The position numbers and the translations under genes were made by a program. DNA of 35,430 bases, from the UHGV virus genome UHGV-0309502; one strand, given 5' to 3'. The notes beneath the pieces are model-generated. The model did not search any database, was not told the origin of the DNA, and worked only from the letters and a program-made list of their open reading frames with translations. Shown here piece by piece: positions 26,481 to 35,303 of this stretch (its first letter is position 1; each line of letters begins with the position of its first letter). This DNA comes from a virus.

Positions 26481-27482
26481 TTACCCTCTATTGTCAAAAG
26501 GGTTCAATTCAACAGCAGCCTCTAAATGACCTGGAGCAAAATGCGCATAACGCATAGTCATTTTTATATCGCTATGCCCCAGTATTTTTTGCAACACAAG
26601 AATATTTCCGCCCCGCATCATAAAATGACTGGCAAACGTGTGACGTAGCACATGAGTTAATTGCCCATCAGGAAGCTCGATCTTCGCTCTCTTAATTGCA
26701 GCGTCAAAAGCCTCATAACATGGTGAAAATAGCGCTCCTCGTTTTTTAGGAAGCATAGCCTGCAATTGAGGTGAAATCGGTACAGTGCGGTTCTTCTTTC
26801 CTTTAGTTTTAACAAATGTGATTCGACCGGGCAGTACTTGAGATTGCTTTAATCCTTCTGCTTCACTCCACCGAGCACCCGTCGCAAGCCCAATACGGAC
26901 AACAACCCCCAAATCTTTATTCCGTGACTCATCACACGCAATCAGAAGGCGTTCAATCTCATCTACATACAGAAACGCCAGTTCCTTTTCTTCCTCACGA
27001 AACTTGCGAATACCAGTCAGGGGGTTTTCACCAGACCACTCCCCAAGGCGCTTCAGTTCGGCAAAAACAGCATGTAGATATGACTGCTCGCGATTAACGG
27101 TTGCTTCACTAAGTTTTTTCTTCCCCTTGGGATTCCATTCTCCTGATAGCCTTCTTTCCCGATAAGTAGCAAACATATTTTTGTCAAACTGAGAAGCAAA
27201 TGGATCTCCCAGCCTGGAACAAATCGCCTCAAGTTTGACTTTGCGCTCTGCACCAGAGGACAAGGTTTTACCGTACATCTCAAACCAACGAGCAATCAAC
27301 TCAGAAAGACGAGGACCAGAACCATCTTGAAACTCGTCTCCAACTCTACTATTCATTAAACGGCGCTCATAAGAGAGCGCCTCACTTTTTGTCGCAAACT
27401 GTTTACGAATGCGTTTTCCCGATGCCCCGTAGGGATAACATTCGCAAAGCCATTTACCTGATGGAATCTTACGAACCGACAT
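26481..27482 (-). CDS. int: tyrosine integrase, P2 Int family
   Basis: 333 aa; GKRIRKQF, GARWSEA, RTVPIS, HVLRHTFASHFMMRGG, MRYAHFAP match the recalled P2 Int pattern; adjacent to the att core. Confidence 0.9.
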   Translation of the reverse strand: MSVRKIPSGKWLCECYPYGASGKRIRKQFATKSEALSYERRLMNSRVGDEFQDGSGPRLSELIARWFEMYGKTLSSGAERKVKLEAICSRLGDPFASQFDKNMFATYRERRLSGEWNPKGKKKLSEATVNREQSYLHAVFAELKRLGEWSGENPLTGIRKFREEEKELAFLYVDEIERLLIACDESRNKDLGVVVRIGLATGARWSEAEGLKQSQVLPGRITFVKTKGKKNRTVPISPQLQAMLPKKRGALFSPCYEAFDAAIKRAKIELPDGQLTHVLRHTFASHFMMRGGNILVLQKILGHSDIKMTMRYAHFAPGHLEAAVELNPFDNRG

Positions 27483-27487
27483 TTTAG

Positions 27488-27835
27488 TTACTTATCACAT
27501 AAATCAAATGCAGCCTTAGTGACATCCCCCAGACTCTTTTTTAACCCTGGGGCGGCATCATTATCTAGCCAAAATGGATTATTGTTATCTAACGGTAACG
27601 CACCAAATGTTTTACCTTTTATTCGAGCCAAACCTGTAAGTGCATATAACTTATTATCGTCAAAATTCATCACATAAGGATTACCATCAAGACACTGTAA
27701 TTGAACCTCATCAGTATTAAATGGCCATACCCCATTGAAACTCTCACGTTCAATAGTTTTAAAAGGCATTGCGACGGCGGAAAAAGAAAACATAGATAAA
27801 AAAGTAACTAATAGTTGAACCTTTTTTACTTTCAT
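27488..27835 (-). CDS. secreted/periplasmic protein of unknown function (115 aa)
   Basis: N-terminal signal peptide MKVKKVQLLVTFLSMFSFSAVA; AT-rich; between repressor and int on the same strand. Confidence 0.5.
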   Translation of the reverse strand: MKVKKVQLLVTFLSMFSFSAVAMPFKTIERESFNGVWPFNTDEVQLQCLDGNPYVMNFDDNKLYALTGLARIKGKTFGALPLDNNNPFWLDNDAAPGLKKSLGDVTKAAFDLCDK

Positions 27836-27864
27836 ATCATTACCTCAATTTAGCTCAAGTAAGA

Positions 27865-28515
27865 TTACAAATTAAAAAATGCCCTAGAAATGACACCACC
27901 TACCAAAACCCCTACGCAGATAAAGAATATTATTTCTTTTGGATAAAGTCGGATTAATTCTGAAGCACGAAGTCGGACTTCTGGTAAGGTCGAACTCTCT
28001 GTGTGGCTTGATGCCGATTGTTGCTCTAACCACGACAATGCAGACTGTAACTGAGAACGAGTAAGATCGTTTAAACGTCCTGTACCGAAATTGATATGGC
28101 AATACCGCAGAAGTTTTTGTCGAAGTCCACAGTCTTCACTGTTACGTAGTAATAAACTTACAAGAGCCTTACAGGCATCATGATCTTTACATCGCTCAAG
28201 CATTGCATGCAGAAAACTCTCCGCTGTTTTATATTGATTTACTGTCATATCATCAATACCAGTTACACCAATCTCCGCATGTACTTTTTGCCAAATAATA
28301 AACGCTTCAGTATTGCTAGCTTCTGCAATAGCAGCAACCAAGCTATTTAGCTCCTTACGCTGAGCCTTAAGCAAAGGGCGATCGTCATCATCATTATTCG
28401 AAGGGATTGCGATATTGACGGTCTGAGAACCATCATATCGCTCTATCTGAATATTCTTTTCGTGAAAATCACGCCCAGCAACGCGATTGTTTGAACCGTT
28501 TGAGTTGACGGCCAT
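27865..28515 (-). CDS. C-terminally membrane-anchored protein of unknown function (216 aa)
   Basis: C-terminal hydrophobic helix EIIFFICVGVLVGGVISRAFF; N-terminal NNRVAGRDF motif repeats the C-terminal motif of the upstream repressor; AT-rich. Confidence 0.5.
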   Translation of the reverse strand: MAVNSNGSNNRVAGRDFHEKNIQIERYDGSQTVNIAIPSNNDDDDRPLLKAQRKELNSLVAAIAEASNTEAFIIWQKVHAEIGVTGIDDMTVNQYKTAESFLHAMLERCKDHDACKALVSLLLRNSEDCGLRQKLLRYCHINFGTGRLNDLTRSQLQSALSWLEQQSASSHTESSTLPEVRLRASELIRLYPKEIIFFICVGVLVGGVISRAFFNL

Positions 28516-28530
28516 GTCACCTCCCTACTA

Positions 28531-28935
28531 TCACCTACCCTTAGTTTCGTTATAGTCACGACCAGCGATACGGTTATTACCACCAGAAATATTTAACTCA
28601 CGTCCTGATGGCTGAGTTTCCTTTTCACTGATCGCACCTTTTAAAGCCCCAATCACCGCATTTTTCACATCTAACGAAGCTGCTCGAAAGCGAGTAATCA
28701 ACTCCTGCTCATCATCGTTATAAGTTTCAGGTGAGTGAATTCCCAACACAACATACTGAACATCAAGGCCAAAACGAGACAGCGCTGCCAAATACGCAGC
28801 ATCAGGAAAGCTATCTCCTTTCTCATATCTAAGCTGAGTTAGCTTTTTGACTCCACCAATGTCGCTCATGGCAACTTGACTAAGTCCCAATCTTTCCCTT
28901 TCCTCACGCAACCGCTGACCAATATCATTTTTCAT
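28531..28935 (-). CDS. XRE-family HTH immunity repressor (C/cI-like) with C-terminal extension
   Basis: 134 aa; N-terminal HTH (QRLREERERLGLSQVAMSDIGGV...); first gene of the leftward operon ending in int; divergent from the early operon. Confidence 0.7.
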   Translation of the reverse strand: MKNDIGQRLREERERLGLSQVAMSDIGGVKKLTQLRYEKGDSFPDAAYLAALSRFGLDVQYVVLGIHSPETYNDDEQELITRFRAASLDVKNAVIGALKGAISEKETQPSGRELNISGGNNRIAGRDYNETKGR

Positions 28936-28950
28936 ACAAAAACCTTGACA

Positions 28951-28968
28951 GGTATCTTTTTTGATACC
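28951..28968. promoter_or_regulatory. candidate operator palindrome in the divergent promoter region
   Basis: GGTATC-tttttt-GATACC perfect 6-bp arms immediately after a TTGACA hexamer (28945-28950), between the repressor and the first early gene. Confidence 0.35.
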
Positions 28969-29010
28969 AAAATGATTTCACGAGCTATTAGATGATCACA
29001 ATATACCACT

Positions 29011-29217
29011 ATGAAACAAGTTCTTCACGATACCAGATCACGCATTCCGCGTAACACCGCCACAGGTCCAAGACTGGCACTTCGGCTGTCCCTCGAGGAG
29101 CGAGCCGTCATTGATGAAATGGCAGCTAAAGAACAACGCTCATCCTCTAACATGGCGCGCATGATCTTCCTTCGCGGCCTAGAGCTAACCCAGAAAGAAC
29201 AAAACAAATCTTCCTGA
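29011..29217 (+). CDS. small early regulatory protein, possibly ribbon-helix-helix type
   Basis: 68 aa; first ORF of the rightward early operon; weak Shine-Dalgarno, so start is uncertain. Confidence 0.4.
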   Translation: MKQVLHDTRSRIPRNTATGPRLALRLSLEERAVIDEMAAKEQRSSSNMARMIFLRGLELTQKEQNKSS

Positions 29218-29233
29218 TCAGGAGGCTAGTGGG

Positions 29234-29437
29234 ATGTCAGGTATAACCATCAATATCAATGTGAATGCCCCCTATGTATCCCTGCAGAAATATGCAGAGA
29301 TAACAGGTATCCCTCTTAATACATGCAAAAAGATGTTGGCTGACGGTCGAATTATTATCCGACCCAAACGCGCCAAAATGGAAAAGCCTGAAGTAAACCT
29401 TGTGGCGATGTTAAAAGACGCTTTGGCTAACAGCTAA
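29234..29437 (+). CDS. Cox/Apl-like small HTH protein (excisionase / early repressor analogue)
   Basis: 67 aa; YVSLQKYAEITGIPLNTCKKMLADGRI resembles the recalled P2 Cox HTH region; GGAGG Shine-Dalgarno. Confidence 0.45.
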   Translation: MSGITININVNAPYVSLQKYAEITGIPLNTCKKMLADGRIIIRPKRAKMEKPEVNLVAMLKDALANS

Positions 29438-29458
29438 AACAATGAACAGAGCACCATC

Positions 29459-29809
29459 ATGAAAAAAAACGCTAATAATCCATACTCCAAATTTCGTAAT
29501 GGCGTAGAACGCCATGTACACCACGTCGCTACCAGTGCATCACGTAGTAACAGTCGCTATAACCTGAACGAGACGCACGCAACACCGGATGGCCACGCTG
29601 TAAAACAAATCGGCGAGCATGCCTGGCTGATTGAGAAAGCTGGAATCGTGGTCCACAAATGCCCACGCAATCCGTTTACCGGAAACCGCATTTTTGCATT
29701 GAACTGCGGCGACAATCACTTCGGGCAGGATTTCACATTATACGAAGCACTTCGCACGGTTGATCGTCTGCTTCGCGGGCAAAGTTTTATTAAACAGGCT
29801 GATTTATAA
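29459..29809 (+). CDS. hypothetical early protein (116 aa)
   Basis: ORF in the early operon; no family recognised. Confidence 0.45.
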   Translation: MKKNANNPYSKFRNGVERHVHHVATSASRSNSRYNLNETHATPDGHAVKQIGEHAWLIEKAGIVVHKCPRNPFTGNRIFALNCGDNHFGQDFTLYEALRTVDRLLRGQSFIKQADL

Positions 29810-29819
29810 CAGGTGCTTT

Positions 29820-30098
29820 ATGACCAAAGAGCATGCACAAGGTGTATTTATCCGTTTTATTGATTTTCGCGGTGAACTGTTATTACGCGCATCAGCCATT
29901 GACGGAGTTGTTCCATCCGAAAAAAACGCAGCTACTTACGTTTATCTGAACGGTACGCGCCTGACTGTGGAGCTTCCGTACCAGACCGTACGAGAAATCA
30001 TTAGCGAAGCTGAAAAGGCACGTCAGGTTAATGGCGATGAACCCTATATCGAAATTATTTGTATGGATTCAGAAGCTGAAATTCAGAAAGCAGATTAA
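29820..30098 (+). CDS. hypothetical early protein (92 aa)
   Basis: ORF frame 29760..30098; first ATG at 29820. Confidence 0.4.
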   Translation: MTKEHAQGVFIRFIDFRGELLLRASAIDGVVPSEKNAATYVYLNGTRLTVELPYQTVREIISEAEKARQVNGDEPYIEIICMDSEAEIQKAD

Positions 30099-30109
30099 AG
30101 GGCGTTGTG

Positions 30110-30352
30110 ATGGGCAAAGAATATAAAACTCTCATTAACAAAGCACTTGAGCGTTTTTATTTTCGCTTAAGTGCATCAGGCGCTCATGCTGAACGTGCGG
30201 CCCGTGACTCATTGACCAGAGCAATCCGAAGTCTGTATGACGTGGCTTTTTACGCTGATGATCTGGATGCACTTAACGAACTTTCCGAGCTGATCTATGC
30301 CGCAGAATGCGGGGAACATATTGAACCGTATAAGCTGGGAAATATCGCATGA
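30110..30352 (+). CDS. hypothetical early protein (80 aa)
   Basis: ORF frame 30107..30352; ATG at 30110. Confidence 0.4.
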   Translation: MGKEYKTLINKALERFYFRLSASGAHAERAARDSLTRAIRSLYDVAFYADDLDALNELSELIYAAECGEHIEPYKLGNIA

Positions 30353-30462
30353 GTATATTTATCTCATGGCTTGTTCTGATTATTTCGGTGGTCTGCGCCA
30401 TTGGGATTATGCGAATTATTAATTCAGTAAAAAAGATTGAACGCTTTTTCACTGAAGAATAA
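30349..30462 (+). CDS. small hydrophobic single-TM peptide (37 aa), translationally coupled
   Basis: ATGA overlap with the preceding stop; MSIFISWLVLIISVVCAIGIMRIINSVKKIERFFTEE; below the ORF-track cutoff. Confidence 0.3.
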   Translation: MSIFISWLVLIISVVCAIGIMRIINSVKKIERFFTEE

Positions 30463-30548
30463 CCGCGCAAATAAGACCCCAGGTTAAATAAGAAAATGTG
30501 AAAACAATCCGCATTCGCGGAGGTATTCGCACACGCCAAGGAGGCGTA

Positions 30549-30752
30549 ATGGCAATTAAGCATTTTCCCGTCGTTCGTTTCACCTCCAAAGGACGTGAAT
30601 ACGAAGTTGACGAACGCCTGATTACCACAATCGACAAACACCGTTCAGAAAAGGATGCACATCACATCTATCTCACTGACGGCACTTACTTTTGCGCCAC
30701 CAACGTGGTGCAGGTAAATCTTATCAGACAGGTACAGGAGTCACGCAGATGA
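30549..30752 (+). CDS. hypothetical early protein (67 aa)
   Basis: ORF frame 30498..30752; ATG at 30549 preceded by AAGGAGG. Confidence 0.45.
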   Translation: MAIKHFPVVRFTSKGREYEVDERLITTIDKHRSEKDAHHIYLTDGTYFCATNVVQVNLIRQVQESRR

Positions 30753-30994
30753 CCATTCTGGACTACATCGCTGCCAATCCGGGTTGTAGCGGTGGAGAAA
30801 TCGCCGCAGCACTGAATACACCAACCACAACCATTAATGCGGAGCTACGCCGTCTCTGGCGCAGCGGTTCAGTCATAAGAAAAGAGCGCAAAACAGGCGG
30901 TCGCTTTTCTTATCAGGTAAACCCGATGCCGTTTGGGTGTAGCAACCCACTAACCCAGATGTTCAACCAGCTACTGAGGGAAATCAGAGCATGA
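30749..30994 (+). CDS. small putative winged-helix DNA-binding protein (81 aa)
   Basis: ORF frame 30692..30994; ATG at 30749 overlaps the previous stop and follows CAGGAG; wHTH-like pattern is a weak call. Confidence 0.4.
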   Translation: MTILDYIAANPGCSGGEIAAALNTPTTTINAELRRLWRSGSVIRKERKTGGRFSYQVNPMPFGCSNPLTQMFNQLLREIRA

Positions 30995-31135
30995 GCACCT
31001 CCAACTGCCGGAAACCACGTCGGGCTTCAGCAGCTCATCCGGCAGCAAAACAAACTCCATTAATTCCTGTTCCGGGTCTTTCCTGCACCTTGTGGCGGGA
31101 GGCCTTCGCACATCTGTAACAAGAGGATTGCCGCA

Positions 31136-31501
31136 ATGATTCTCGCCAACGACTTTCTTGAATACCTGCTCAACACAGAGCGTGATCTTGCCGTTCGCGT
31201 GCGTGAACGTTATGACATGTACCTGAAATCCCAGCTTGTACCGCAGCTCGCTGACGGAAAGATTGTTATTGATGGTCGCTACATGATTGACAGCCACGAG
31301 GGAAATTACAGGCTTTACCGCATTGAAGGTGGCACCCCGTCCGTTATTGGCATTTACCAGCGCCCATCCTCTGCAATCGTCAATGTGATTGCCGACAGCA
31401 TCCGCATCACACATCGCCATGCCGACACAGAAGACACCGTGCTGGAAATTCAGCGGCTGGCTACAGTCTGCCGCGACACCCTGAATGGCATGACGAAGTA
31501 A
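31136..31501 (+). CDS. hypothetical early protein (121 aa)
   Basis: ORF with AAGAGGA Shine-Dalgarno, immediately upstream of A. Confidence 0.45.
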   Translation: MILANDFLEYLLNTERDLAVRVRERYDMYLKSQLVPQLADGKIVIDGRYMIDSHEGNYRLYRIEGGTPSVIGIYQRPSSAIVNVIADSIRITHRHADTEDTVLEIQRLATVCRDTLNGMTK

Positions 31502-31507
31502 ATCACT

Positions 31508-34330
31508 ATGACGGCAGAGTACATCAGGGACTGGCAACAACCGCGCCACGCAGTGGGGCGTGAAGGAACGGGGATCCCCGCTCCTGAATCCGCGCTTTCC
31601 TCCTGGCTGGATGCCTACCGGGCAGAGAACGAGCGCCGCCAGGAAATGGCTGATGCGGCGTTCTCCGCCACGCCGCTGGGCAACCTGATTAATAAAAGCC
31701 TAGACGCACAGGAAAAACAGGACAAAACAATCACACTGGCAGGAGACGCCAGAAAACAGGCACGCGGCGCGGTAGATGAGGCCATGGCCTCACTGCGCCT
31801 GCTGCCGTCCTATCTGCGCGATCCGCTTATTCGCCACCTCTCCTTCCTGCGCAAAAAACAGGAAGCCGATCGTCAGCAAGGAAAAAACGCCAGGCAGGCA
31901 GAACGCTATGCGCGTGGGACCCTGCGCAAAATATTCGAACGTCTGGAGCGCACCGATCACCGCTGGCTGACATCGGGTTATCGCTCCCTTGCCGGACGTG
32001 AACGCCTGGACGATTTGATTTACCTGCCGCAACTCAACAAACACCAGATACAGACGCTGGCCACCATGACGGCGGCGATGTTCAGCAGCACCTTCGAAAA
32101 ACTCTGCGATGGTTTTGGCGCGACTGATGGCGAGCTGACCATGGATGTAACGCTGAAGGCGTATCAGATGCTGGCCCGCATGGCGTTACACTTACACGCC
32201 ATGCCTCCGCATTATGACGCACTGACAACAGACAAAGACCGGAGGCACGAACCGGACACAGAACTGCTGCCGGGCGCAATCCTTCGCCTGACCTGTGCGG
32301 AATGGTGGAAACGCAAACTGTGGCTGTTACGTTGCGAGTGGAGAGAAGAACAACTCCGCGCCGCCTGTCTAGTTTCCAGAAAAACATCGCCCTATCTGAG
32401 CCAGGACGCGTTAAGCGAGTTTCGCGCACAGCGCGAGAAAACACGCGATTTCCTGAAAAGTTTCATGCTGGAAAATGAAGACGGGTTCACGATTGATCTC
32501 GAGACGGTGTATTACGCGGGAGTAAGTAACCCGGTTCACCGTAAGGCAGAAATGATGGCCACCATGAAGGGGCTGGAACTTCTGGCCGAAGCCCGTGGCG
32601 ACAAAGCGGTGTTTCTGACTGTCACCTGCCCGTCAAAATACCACGCCACAACGGAGAACGGTCATCCGAATCCCAAATGGAACGGGGCCACAATGCGCGA
32701 CTCCAGCGATTACCTGGTTAACACGTTTTTTGCGGCGGTCCGCAAAAAACTGAACCGCGACGACCTGCGCTGGTATGGCATCCGCACGGTGGAGCCTCAT
32801 CATGACGGCACCGTGCACTGGCATATGATGGTCTTTGCACATCCGGAAGAAATCGACACCATTGTGTCCCATACCCGCGATATTGCCATTCAGGAAGACC
32901 GCCACGAGCTGGGCAATGATATTACTCCGCGCTTTAAGGTGGAGTATGTCGACGGCTCAAAAGGCACGCCAACCAGCTACATCGCCACCTACATCGGAAA
33001 GAACCTGGACAGCCGCGCCGTGGATGGCATCGACCCGAAAACGGACAAGCCACGCGTGGACCACGAAACCGGAAAATCAATGGCCGAGAGCGTGGAACGC
33101 GCCATCGGCTGGGCGCGTCTTCACCGCGTCCGCCAGTTCCAGTTCTTTGGTATCCCCTCCCGTCAGGTATGGCGTGAACTCCGCCGCCTTGCCAGTCAGA
33201 TGGCCCGCAACCCGGAAGGTCCACAACGTCTGGAAAATGACGCAATGGATGCGGTACTCGCTGCCGCTGATGCCGGGTGTTTTGCCACCTACATTGAGAA
33301 ACAGGGTGGCGTACTTGTTCCACGCAAAGACTACCTGATTCGCACCGCCTACGACCTCGCAGAAGAGCTGAACGATTACGGCGAGCAAAGCGTACAGATT
33401 TACGGGATCTGGTCGCCACAAATCGGGGAATCTTCCCGCGTGTGCACGCACCCGGATAACTGGAAGCTGGTAAGACGTAAACCGGAAGCGGAAGACAGCG
33501 CCCGCGAAAATGGTTTTGACCTTCAGGGCGGCCCTGCCGCCCCTTGGACTCGTGGCAATAACTGTCCCCGTGTACAGGAAACGGACAACAACGGGACAGA
33601 ACAGCCGGAAGAACGGCCAGCACCGTGGCCGCAGCTCCCTGACGGCGTTGAAGTGAACGAATGGATGCGCTCACTGAAACGGCACGAACGCCGGGCGCTG
33701 ATGCGTTCGCTTCGTGACAAACAGGCAAAAAACAGCAGTGATGAAATGCAGAGCTGGACACAGAGCCGCAAACAGCAGCGGCCTTTGCCTGATAACCACG
33801 AATTACTCGCTAAAGAATGGCGGGAGTCTGCTGAATCTCTCGGCCTGCATATCGGTGAACAGCAGATGCAGCACCTGTTACGGGGCGGCAGTCTGTACGT
33901 TGACGGCAGCATCATTGCACCGCAGGGATTTGAAATTGTACGCAAACCGGATACCCGACCGGACAGCCGGATCACGCAGCTCTGGCAGCGCCTGAGCCGT
34001 AACCACGGCGTAAGCAGCACGGAGATCCGCCATAACCCGGTCGCCAGCTATCTGGAACAGCTGGGGGCATCAGACCCCGAAGCCGCCGCACGCCTGGCAT
34101 CCACACTTCAGCAAGACCAGAACACCATGAAAACACCCGTTACCGTGCTTTCTGACATGCTGCGCGCCATCCGCGACGCAGAGCACGCACAGAGAATCAG
34201 TGAAACCACTGAACGCGCCCGCCGCAAAGCAGACCTGCTGCGAGGTGGCCTGACCAGTGGAAACAAAAAACAGACAGAAACGGGATTCACAAATCCCGTA
34301 AATGAGCAAAAAACGCGCCGCGATATATGA
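31508..34330 (+). CDS. A: replication initiation endonuclease, P2 gpA (rolling-circle HUH) family
   Basis: 940 aa; metal-binding HWH in TVHWHMMVFAH and tyrosine pair in SYIATYIGKN typical of gpA-type Rep proteins; position after the early operon. Confidence 0.8.
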   Translation: MTAEYIRDWQQPRHAVGREGTGIPAPESALSSWLDAYRAENERRQEMADAAFSATPLGNLINKSLDAQEKQDKTITLAGDARKQARGAVDEAMASLRLLPSYLRDPLIRHLSFLRKKQEADRQQGKNARQAERYARGTLRKIFERLERTDHRWLTSGYRSLAGRERLDDLIYLPQLNKHQIQTLATMTAAMFSSTFEKLCDGFGATDGELTMDVTLKAYQMLARMALHLHAMPPHYDALTTDKDRRHEPDTELLPGAILRLTCAEWWKRKLWLLRCEWREEQLRAACLVSRKTSPYLSQDALSEFRAQREKTRDFLKSFMLENEDGFTIDLETVYYAGVSNPVHRKAEMMATMKGLELLAEARGDKAVFLTVTCPSKYHATTENGHPNPKWNGATMRDSSDYLVNTFFAAVRKKLNRDDLRWYGIRTVEPHHDGTVHWHMMVFAHPEEIDTIVSHTRDIAIQEDRHELGNDITPRFKVEYVDGSKGTPTSYIATYIGKNLDSRAVDGIDPKTDKPRVDHETGKSMAESVERAIGWARLHRVRQFQFFGIPSRQVWRELRRLASQMARNPEGPQRLENDAMDAVLAAADAGCFATYIEKQGGVLVPRKDYLIRTAYDLAEELNDYGEQSVQIYGIWSPQIGESSRVCTHPDNWKLVRRKPEAEDSARENGFDLQGGPAAPWTRGNNCPRVQETDNNGTEQPEERPAPWPQLPDGVEVNEWMRSLKRHERRALMRSLRDKQAKNSSDEMQSWTQSRKQQRPLPDNHELLAKEWRESAESLGLHIGEQQMQHLLRGGSLYVDGSIIAPQGFEIVRKPDTRPDSRITQLWQRLSRNHGVSSTEIRHNPVASYLEQLGASDPEAAARLASTLQQDQNTMKTPVTVLSDMLRAIRDAEHAQRISETTERARRKADLLRGGLTSGNKKQTETGFTNPVNEQKTRRDI

Positions 34331-34375
34331 AGCGCGCATAAAACAGGCAAAAACGGGATTTCAGAATCCCGTAAA
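34278..34375 (+). repeat. two copies of a 26-bp palindromic element (AAACGGGATT-caca/caga-AATCCCGTAAA)
   Basis: Copies at 34278-34303 (inside the A 3' end) and 34350-34375 (intergenic, upstream of the ParM-like ORF). Confidence 0.6.
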
Positions 34376-34406
34376 CGATTAATTAATCAACATAAGGAAA
34401 AGCGAC

Positions 34407-34808
34407 ATGAAAATTTGTATCGATGACGGCTCCACCAACATCAAGCTGGCATGGACTGAGAACGGCGAACGCCGCAACGCCATCAGCCCGAACAGCTTCA
34501 AGTCGGAATGGTCTGCGCCGTTCGGTGGCACGCAGCCCGCGAACTACATGCTTGATGGCGTGCGCTATGGTTTTGATCCGGTCAGCGATCGCTTTGTCCA
34601 GACAACTGACACGCAATACCAGTACAGCGATGTGAATGTCATTGCCATTCATCACGCGCTGGTCAAATCAGGCATCACGCCACAGGAGGTGGATGTGGTT
34701 GTCACCCTGCCACTGAGCGAGTATTTCGACACAAACGCACAGCCGGACATAGCCAACATCAACCGCAAAAAAAGCCCAGGATTCCCGGGGCGGTTCAGAG
34801 GAGAGTGA
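34407..34808 (+). pseudogene. ParM/StbA-family actin-like ATPase, N-terminal fragment only (133 codons)
   Basis: MKICIDDGSTNIKLAW...ISPNSFK.EW...QYSDVNV.A.HHAL closely parallels the recalled R1 ParM N-terminus; similarity ends after NRKK and the frame stops far short of the ~320 aa of a full ParM. Confidence 0.55.
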
Positions 34809-34810
34809 GA

Positions 34811-35302
34811 ATGCAAATTTCACCGGTTACTCTTCGTGTTGCGAAGGCGTTTATATCCAGACATCACCGACACAATAAACCCCCGGTGGGGCATAAATTC
34901 AGCATTGGTCTGAGAAATGATGCCGGAGAATTGATAGGTGTGGCGACAGCCGGTAGACCTGTTGCACGACATTTGGACGATGGATTAACGCTTGAAGTAA
35001 ATCGCACATGTACCACAGGAGAACGCAACGCTAACAGCGCACTTTATGGTGCTGTCTGGCGGGCAGCAAAGGCTATGGGTTATCAACGTTGTATTACGTA
35101 CACCCAGGCAGATGAATCAGGAGCATCTCTCCGCGCAGCTGGTTTTGTTCGTGTGAAAGAGCTTCCTCCAAGAAAAAGCTGGGCGGAATCAAGCGTCGCC
35201 CTGCGGAGTAAACGCGATCCGGTCGGAAACGGTGGTGTTCCTCGTGTGCTCTGGGAAATCAGGAGAATGAGTACCACTGGCATTCGCATCAAAGGAGAGT
35301 GA
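34811..35302 (+). CDS. hypothetical protein (163 aa)
   Basis: ORF frame 34805..35302; ATG at 34811 after AGAGGAGAG; basic His-rich N-terminus (ISRHHRHNKPP). May belong to the Mom/GNAT-like acyltransferase-fold group sometimes annotated XF1762 family; that is an unverified recollection. Confidence 0.45.
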   Translation: MQISPVTLRVAKAFISRHHRHNKPPVGHKFSIGLRNDAGELIGVATAGRPVARHLDDGLTLEVNRTCTTGERNANSALYGAVWRAAKAMGYQRCITYTQADESGASLRAAGFVRVKELPPRKSWAESSVALRSKRDPVGNGGVPRVLWEIRRMSTTGIRIKGE

Positions 35303-35303
35303 T

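Noticed and set aside
32934-33761. 275-aa minus-strand ORF and other antisense ORFs inside gene A
   Set aside because: Embedded antisense in the replication gene; Arg/Cys-rich composition; spurious.
34407-34808. Functional ParMRC plasmid-partition system
   Set aside because: The ParM homologue is truncated to its first ~130 residues and no ParR-like gene follows; treated as a recombination relic.
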